NCBI GenBank assembly: GCA_031960885.1
Contig: JAVRLY010000034.1
Location: 1-13,671, forward strand
Direction: 5' to 3'
Length of the DNA: 13,671 bases
DNA from: Desulfurella sp.
Lineage (GTDB): Bacteria; Campylobacterota_A; Desulfurellia; Desulfurellales; Desulfurellaceae
This document shows, piece by piece, positions 8,116 through 13,671 of the stretch (the first letter of the stretch is position 1; every line of letters begins with the position of its first letter). The position numbers and the translations under genes are program-made. The notes under the pieces were generated by a model. It saw only the letters and a program-made list of their open reading frames with translations, had not been told where the DNA came from and searched no databases.

Positions 8116-8670
8116 TTATGTTGTTAAATCAAACTGAGCTTTAATAGCTTCATACATACCATACCATGCAGCTAGTGCTACAATAATGCCCTCATAGCCA
8201 GCAAATGTTGTTATAGCCTTGCTTCCTGTATAGTGCCCAATATCAAGCAAAATAAATAAAATAATAAGTAACACAAAGATTGTTATTATTGTGGTATTTT
8301 TAGTTTTGAACACTAACACAGTCAAAATTGCTGTAAAAATGGTCCAAGCTATTAGAGTAATTCCAAGCGCTGCGCCAAAAGCATCCATAGGTATCCATTT
8401 CCATATAGGACCCATATAGATTAAAAACGCTAACGCAATCCAAAAAGCCCCATACCCGGTAAACGCTGTCATACCAAATGTGTTACCAGTTTTAAACTCG
8501 AAATAACCCGCGATAAACTGCGTTAGGCCACCATAAAACAAACCCAAAGGCAATACTGCAAACAAAGCAGCAGGCACCAACCCTGCATTGGCGCAATTAA
8601 GCACAAATGTTGTTAAAGCAAATCCGCCCAACCCTACTGCACCTGGATTGGCCATTTTCCCATCAGCCAT
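8116..8670 (-). CDS. satP: Acetate uptake transporter family protein (SatP/YaaH, GPR1/FUN34)
   Basis: [15 protein letters not shown] resembles the NPAPLGL signature; [25 protein letters not shown]; 6 TM segments. GGGAGGTG SD at 8682-8675. Confidence 0.9.
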   Translation of the reverse strand: MADGKMANPGAVGLGGFALTTFVLNCANAGLVPAALFAVLPLGLFYGGLTQFIAGYFEFKTGNTFGMTAFTGYGAFWIALAFLIYMGPIWKWIPMDAFGAALGITLIAWTIFTAILTVLVFKTKNTTIITIFVLLIILFILLDIGHYTGSKAITTFAGYEGIIVALAAWYGMYEAIKAQFDLTT

Positions 8671-8702
8671 ATAACACCTCCCAAAGAATTTCTTTAAAAT
8701 AT

Positions 8703-8731
8703 AAGATATATTAAATTCATATAAATGTCAA
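8703..8731 (-). promoter_or_regulatory. Sigma70-type promoter for satP
   Basis: Minus strand: TTGACA (8731-8726), 17-nt spacer, TATCTT (8708-8703). Confidence 0.6.
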
Positions 8732-8750
8732 GTGAAAAATTAATTAAACT

Positions 8751-9506
8751 TTATATACGCGAACGACCACGTGTTAATATTAAATATAAATCTAAATAGT
8801 TTGATGATTTGCGAATAATTGAGCGCTTTATTAAATAAGGATTATATTGGGAAGTATTAATAGCTTGACCAATTATGTATGCACGTTTGAAGCCTTCTTT
8901 CTTTAATTCTTCGATAACAGCATTGTTAAAATTGCCAAAAGGGTATGCAAAATCCTCAATATGCGCATAATTAGACAATATCTCTTTAGATGTTTTTAGA
9001 TTAAAAACAATTTCACTCATAGACATTTCTGATAAATGCTTATGTACATGAGAGTGCGAACCTATTTCCATTCCCATATCAATAAGTTCTTTTATATCAT
9101 CCCCGTCTAACATATCAACATTATCCATTTTAGAACCAATATAGGCCGTTGATATAAAAAACATACCAGTATAATTGTATTTTTTTAAAATTTTTGCAGC
9201 CTCCAAATTATTTTTATAACCATCATCAAAAGTAAAAAACACAAACTTCTGATTTCTATACAACTTATTGTCTAAAATCGTTTGAATTTGACTAGATTTA
9301 ATAGATTGATAACCCATTTTTTTTATAAACTTTACATGTTTTTCAAAATTATTAGGACTGACTGTAAACTTATCTAAACCAGATGAATACTTATTGTTAT
9401 CTATGCTATGATACAATAAAACCACAATACCTTTTTTTGGAATGCGATAAAAATTGTACCTCATCAAAAATATAATTAACAGAATAACAATTAATGTTAA
9501 TATCAT
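8751..9506 (-). CDS. Polysaccharide deacetylase (CE4/NodB family) with N-terminal membrane anchor
   Basis: VLLYHSI, FTFDDGY, EIGSHSHVH, FAYPFG motifs; hydrophobic N-terminus. Confidence 0.92.
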   Translation of the reverse strand: MILTLIVILLIIFLMRYNFYRIPKKGIVVLLYHSIDNNKYSSGLDKFTVSPNNFEKHVKFIKKMGYQSIKSSQIQTILDNKLYRNQKFVFFTFDDGYKNNLEAAKILKKYNYTGMFFISTAYIGSKMDNVDMLDGDDIKELIDMGMEIGSHSHVHKHLSEMSMSEIVFNLKTSKEILSNYAHIEDFAYPFGNFNNAVIEELKKEGFKRAYIIGQAINTSQYNPYLIKRSIIRKSSNYLDLYLILTRGRSRI

Positions 9507-10219
9507 TTAGAGGCAATCTCTTTAATTTTAGCATATTTTACTAAGTGATAGAAGCTAGAAAGAAGTGCAAATAAAGTACCATTATAACCATCCAAAAAAG
9601 CACCACGCAAAACAAATCTCTTGAATAATTCCAAAATAAATCGCAATATTGGATGAATTTTTTTTTCATTTTTTAAAGAGGCAGACAATGTTGTGTAGTG
9701 ATTGAGTTTTTCAATATAGTCAGTTAAATTTTTATAACTGTAATGCAAAATCTTGCCTTTCAAATAAGAAGCTTTAGAGGATTGAACTTTCTCATGCACT
9801 AATGATTCGCTAAATTTAAAATTTTTTCTAAAAAGTCTTAAGTGCCAATTTTGTGCACCTCCAAAACGCAAAGGTTTGCCCAAAAAAACGAGTTGTATTT
9901 TTATATAGTAGCTATCAAAAATTGTTTCGTTGATAGCTTTAAGTATCTCATTTTTTAAACGTTCAGTAACGACTTCGTCAGCATCAATACTTAGCAACCA
10001 ATCCGTCGATAATTTTTCTAATGCAAAGTTTTTTTGATCTCCATAATTGATAAATTTGCGAAAATAAACAGAATCTGTGTATTTTTTCGCAATCTCTACC
10101 GTTTTGTCAGTGCTATAAGAATCTACAACTATGATTTGATCACAAAACTGAACACTTTTTAGGGTGCGCTCTATGTTATCTTCTTCATTGTACGTTATAA
10201 TGGCGCATCCAATGCTCAT
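9503..10219 (-). CDS. Glycosyltransferase family 2 (WaaE/KdtX-like LPS core beta-glucosyltransferase)
   Basis: IITYNEEDNI, IIVVDSYSTDKT, QKNFAL, WLLSIDADE, RLFR, VHE, HYSY, GAFLDG..G motifs. Confidence 0.88.
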   Translation of the reverse strand: MSIGCAIITYNEEDNIERTLKSVQFCDQIIVVDSYSTDKTVEIAKKYTDSVYFRKFINYGDQKNFALEKLSTDWLLSIDADEVVTERLKNEILKAINETIFDSYYIKIQLVFLGKPLRFGGAQNWHLRLFRKNFKFSESLVHEKVQSSKASYLKGKILHYSYKNLTDYIEKLNHYTTLSASLKNEKKIHPILRFILELFKRFVLRGAFLDGYNGTLFALLSSFYHLVKYAKIKEIASK

Positions 10220-10521
10220 TACTCACCTAAAAGTCGGTTTCTTGCATCCTCGCTCATCATTGATGGATTCCAAGGTGGATCCCACACTACATCTACAAAT
10301 ACATCTTTTGCCCCAAGTTCCATTACTTTCTCTCTAATATCTTCAGTAATCGGTATATGCAGTGGACAACCAGGTACTGTCAATGTCATGGTTACAACGA
10401 CCACATTTTCATCATCAATTGATATGTTATACAAAAAACCTAAAGAAACGATGTCTAAACCTAATTCAGGGTCATATACGTTTTTAAGTGCCTCTACAAT
10501 TGCTTTGGTAGTTAGTTTCAT
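10219..10521 (-). CDS. DUF59 / SufT-like metal-sulfur cluster assembly factor
   Basis: LKNVYDPELGLDIVSLG, MTLTVPGCP, VWDPPWNPSMMSE. Confidence 0.93.
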   Translation of the reverse strand: MKLTTKAIVEALKNVYDPELGLDIVSLGFLYNISIDDENVVVVTMTLTVPGCPLHIPITEDIREKVMELGAKDVFVDVVWDPPWNPSMMSEDARNRLLGE

Positions 10522-10880
10522 TTATTCTCCTTTTTTAGTAGTTTAAAAGGAACTACATTTCGTTTGTTCTTTTTAATCTTTAGCTTTTTAATATTAAATT
10601 TATCTAGAATCTTATTTTCGTTTTTTAAAAATTTTATGGTAATAATGTGTTCTGGACTCATAATAATTAAACGCCCATCAAACATAGAATCTCTGGCGTC
10701 GAGTGGCTTTATAATGATTTTTCCATCAACTTCTTTATAGGTATTGACATTTTCTAATTTTATACCCCAATAGCTTTGCTCATCCAAAAATGATAGCAAA
10801 TCATCGCTATCGATATTTTCTACTGTCCCTATGTAGCTTTCCCCGCTAATTAGGTCAACTTTTACCCAAACATCTTTCAT
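10518..10880 (-). CDS. Hypothetical protein, possible Sm/LSm-like beta fold with Lys-rich tail
   Basis: 120-aa ORF filling the operon gap, with GGAG SD in the gatA end and an ATGA overlap with the next gene. Fold assignment is pattern-based only. Confidence 0.8.
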   Translation of the reverse strand: MKDVWVKVDLISGESYIGTVENIDSDDLLSFLDEQSYWGIKLENVNTYKEVDGKIIIKPLDARDSMFDGRLIIMSPEHIITIKFLKNENKILDKFNIKKLKIKKNKRNVVPFKLLKKENK

Positions 10881-10883
10881 TGT

Positions 10884-12290
10884 TTACTCCATAATTGGTA
10901 TTTTTTTATAAAACTCATGCTGTTGTTCAAATGCATAAGCAACTTTTAATAATATATCCTCCCTAAAGACATTTGACAAGATCTGTAAACCAAGCGGTAA
11001 ATTATTGGAACTAATGCCACAAGGTACACTGATTGCTGGAAGGCCCGCAAGATTAGCTGGAATTGTAAATGTGTCAGACAGATACATATCAAGCGGTTTT
11101 GTAACTTCTCCAATCTTAAATGCATCAGTGGGTGTAGTGGGCAAAATTATTGCATCTAAATTGGAAAAAGCTGTGTCAAAATCCATTTTTATTAAATTTC
11201 TCAAACGCAATGCACGCAAATAATAAGCATCATAGTAACCACTTGATAAAACGTATGTACCAAGCATTATTCTGCGTTTCACCTCTGCCCCAAAGCCTTC
11301 ACTTCGAGTATTTACATACATTTCTTCTAAAGACTGCGTCTGACTTCTATAACCGTACTTTACACCATCAAAACGTGCTAAATTGCTCGAAGCCTCAGCA
11401 CATGCAATGATATAATAATCAGATATAGAGTATTTTATGTGCGGTAACTCAACCTTTTTAATAACTGCACCCAATTTGGTAAAAGTATCAATAGCATTAT
11501 CAATAGAGCGCGCAATATCATCTGAAACAGAAGTTAAAGCATCTTCATAAACACCTATTTTGACACCACTTAAGTCTTCACTTAAGCACTCTAAATAGTT
11601 AGATGCTTCAATATTAACAGACGTGGAGTCGTTTTGGTCAAAACCAGCTATAATGTTCATTAGTAAACTTGCATCTTTCACATCGCGAGTTATAGGTCCA
11701 ATTTGGTCCAAGCTTGAAGCAAAAGCCACAAGGCCAAAACGTGATACACGACCATACGTAGGCTTTAAACCTACAACGCCACAAAAGCTAGCAGGTTGTC
11801 TAATAGAGCCGCCTGTATCCGAACCCAAAGATGCGATAGCCAAACCAGACGCAACTGCAGCAGCTGAACCACCGCTTGAGCCACCACTGACTCGCTTTCT
11901 ATCCCATGGGTTTCTAACAGGGCCAAAGAAAGATGTTTCGCACGAAGAACCCATTGCAAATTCATCCATATTTGTTTTGCCAATAAAATTAGCTCCTGAT
12001 TGTTTTAATCTTTTGATAACCGTTGCATCATAAATACTTTCAAAATTGAAAAGCATTTTTGAAGCGCATGTTGTTTTGGTACCCTTTACCATAATATTAT
12101 CTTTAATTGCTATAGGTAAGCCTTTAAGCATGCCATCTTTTGACTTAAAATCTTCTATTACACTAATATAGGCATTAATTTGGCTATTTTTTGCTTTTAT
12201 GCGCAAAAGTAACTGCTCATAAACCTCTTTAGATGTAATTTCTTTTTTTTCTACTAAATCAACAAGCTCGTGTAATGTTTTATCAATCAT
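10884..12290 (-). CDS. gatA: Asp-tRNA(Asn)/Glu-tRNA(Gln) amidotransferase subunit A
   Basis: Amidase signature IAIKDNI, GKTNMDEFAMGSS, GGSSGGSAAAVA, GSDTGGSIRQPA. GatA-specific RSEGFGAEVKRRIMLGTYVLSSGYYDAYY. Confidence 0.98.
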   Translation of the reverse strand: MIDKTLHELVDLVEKKEITSKEVYEQLLLRIKAKNSQINAYISVIEDFKSKDGMLKGLPIAIKDNIMVKGTKTTCASKMLFNFESIYDATVIKRLKQSGANFIGKTNMDEFAMGSSCETSFFGPVRNPWDRKRVSGGSSGGSAAAVASGLAIASLGSDTGGSIRQPASFCGVVGLKPTYGRVSRFGLVAFASSLDQIGPITRDVKDASLLMNIIAGFDQNDSTSVNIEASNYLECLSEDLSGVKIGVYEDALTSVSDDIARSIDNAIDTFTKLGAVIKKVELPHIKYSISDYYIIACAEASSNLARFDGVKYGYRSQTQSLEEMYVNTRSEGFGAEVKRRIMLGTYVLSSGYYDAYYLRALRLRNLIKMDFDTAFSNLDAIILPTTPTDAFKIGEVTKPLDMYLSDTFTIPANLAGLPAISVPCGISSNNLPLGLQILSNVFREDILLKVAYAFEQQHEFYKKIPIME

Positions 12291-12302
12291 CTTAATTCTC
12301 CA

Positions 12303-12584
12303 CTAGATTATCTTTGGAACTACAAAAAACCTGTCGTATTGTTGAGGTGCGTTTTTTAGAATTTCTTCAATATCAAACAACTTGTTTGCGATGTCTTCTC
12401 TAAAAAAATTATTCCTTCCAAGCGGATTTGATAGTGACTCTACATTTGTTAAGTCTAACTCATCTAATTCTTTCATATATTCTAAAATATCATTTAATTG
12501 ACTATTAAATTTTTCAAGATCATTGTCTTGAAATTTTAATTTTGACAATTTTTCCAATTTTTTTATCTCTTCCTTACTAATCAT
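12303..12584 (-). CDS. gatC: Asp-tRNA(Asn)/Glu-tRNA(Gln) amidotransferase subunit C
   Basis: MISKEEIKKLEKLSKL...L..ILEY...L.ELD...FRED...LKNAP...FFVVPKII; directly upstream of gatA. Confidence 0.95.
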   Translation of the reverse strand: MISKEEIKKLEKLSKLKFQDNDLEKFNSQLNDILEYMKELDELDLTNVESLSNPLGRNNFFREDIANKLFDIEEILKNAPQQYDRFFVVPKII

Positions 12585-12594
12585 TTTTACACCC

Positions 12595-13317
12595 CTAATA
12601 GATTGCTCGCTTAAAGTACAAACCAGATGCTGGAGCTTTAATAGTAGATAAGCTCAAAGCATTGTTTAGAGCATATACAATTTGGCTGGAGGATACAATA
12701 CCTTTGGCATAGGCTACCATTGTGCCCACAATCAACCTTACCATACCTCTTAAAAACGAATGACCTCTTATAAAAATTGCCACAAACGCATTTTTTTGCT
12801 TAATCCTTATATACTGTATAAAACGTTGCGTTTTATTATTTTTAGAAGATTTTGAAAATGCTCCAAAATCTTTGAATCCTACGAACAAATTTTTAACTTC
12901 ATTCAGCTTTAATATATTCAATTTTGGTACATGCCAAACATAATTTTTTAGAAATGGCATACATACTTCCGCAGTATTTATAATATACACATAATCTCTA
13001 AAAATACAACTATAGCGAGAATGAAAATTCTCTGGCACTATACGTACGCTTAATACTCGAATTTGAGGTTTAAGTAAAGCATTCAGTGCTTTTTTTAAAA
13101 CTTGAGCATCTAAAAATTTATCTGTATAAAAATCAATGACCTGACCTAGCGCATGAACGCCTGCATCGGTTCGGCCTGCATAATTGATAGTAATACAAAA
13201 ACCAAAGAGCTTTTTTAGTGCAAACTGAATTTCTCCTTGAATTGTGCGTTTATTTTTTTGTATTTGCATGCCATGCAAGTTTGTACCATCATAGGATATC
13301 TTAAGCTTATAGCGAAT
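12595..13317 (-). CDS. truA: tRNA pseudouridine(38-40) synthase TruA; probable ATT start at 13317
   Basis: Catalytic AGRTDAGVHALGQV, FHSRY, SFLRGMVR, APASGLY. The conserved N-terminus RYKLKISYDGT lies upstream of the track's TTG start (13278), in frame up to TAG 13323-13321. Confidence 0.93.
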   Translation of the reverse strand: MRYKLKISYDGTNLHGMQIQKNKRTIQGEIQFALKKLFGFCITINYAGRTDAGVHALGQVIDFYTDKFLDAQVLKKALNALLKPQIRVLSVRIVPENFHSRYSCIFRDYVYIINTAEVCMPFLKNYVWHVPKLNILKLNEVKNLFVGFKDFGAFSKSSKNNKTQRFIQYIRIKQKNAFVAIFIRGHSFLRGMVRLIVGTMVAYAKGIVSSSQIVYALNNALSLSTIKAPASGLYFKRAIY

Positions 13318-13320
13318 GTG

Positions 13321-13671
13321 CTAGCCCCCAACCATTATTTTTGGTATTCTTAGCGTTGGTTCTCCATCAGTTACAGGCACTCCTTGATTTTCTTTACCGC
13401 ATGTGCCAACTTCTGTGCCAAAATCATCGCCGACCATATCAATCTCTTGTAATATTTTTGGTCCATTGCCAATAAGCGTTGAACCTCTAACCATGTGTTT
13501 AACCTTGCCTTTTTCTATTAAATAGCCTTCTGCAACCTCAAACACAAAATCACCAGTAATGGGGTTAACCTGACCACCGCCCATTTTTTTTACAAGTAAC
13601 CCATAATCTACGCTGCTTATTATATCGTCTTTGTTATCGTTGCCTGGCAAAATGTATGTATTGGACATGCG
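13321..13671 (-). CDS. tldD: TldD/PmbA family metalloprotease, TldD-like C-terminal part (5' end outside window)
   Basis: RMSNTYILPG, GGGQVNPITGDFVF, LIGNGP, GTCGKENQGVPV.DG.PTLRI...VGG. Confidence 0.9.
   Translation of the reverse strand, partial: RMSNTYILPGNDNKDDIISSVDYGLLVKKMGGGQVNPITGDFVFEVAEGYLIEKGKVKHMVRGSTLIGNGPKILQEIDMVGDDFGTEVGTCGKENQGVPVTDGEPTLRIPKIMVGG

Noticed and set aside
11005..12033. Alternative ORFs within gatA
   Set aside because: Shadow or alternative-frame ORFs of a conserved gene.
1..13671. CRISPR arrays, IS elements, tRNA/rRNA genes, defence systems
   Set aside because: No direct-repeat arrays, transposase or nuclease motifs, or cloverleaf structures seen. Intergenic spaces are all under 200 nt or so.

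Overview
AT-rich bacterial chromosomal housekeeping window. The L34 sequence [18 protein letters not shown] looks Campylobacterota-like, and a Desulfurellia-type organism is a plausible but unverified guess. Left to right it holds the 3' part of ppk1, a convergent UPF0126/TRIC-family membrane gene, and the + strand origin-type cluster rpmH-rnpA-yidD-yidC-mnmE-(parS)-mnmG-rsmG. No dnaA, jag or parAB sits in the usual positions. On the - strand there is an XRE-cupin regulator, a SatP/YaaH-family acetate channel, and a tightly coupled operon tldD(partial)-truA-gatC-gatA-hypothetical-DUF59-GT2-polysaccharide deacetylase. I saw no mobile element, CRISPR array, tRNA or rRNA. The most notable observations are: (1) two tRNA-maturation genes, truA and rnpA, lack any in-frame ATG/GTG/TTG before their conserved N-terminal motifs and appear to start at ATT; (2) a 120-aa hypothetical protein has an Sm/LSm-like pattern and a basic tail; (3) a 13-bp perfect inverted repeat has the regulator's -10 box as its loop; (4) MnmE switch I reads GTTTD instead of GTTRD; (5) a near-consensus parS lies between mnmE and mnmG.
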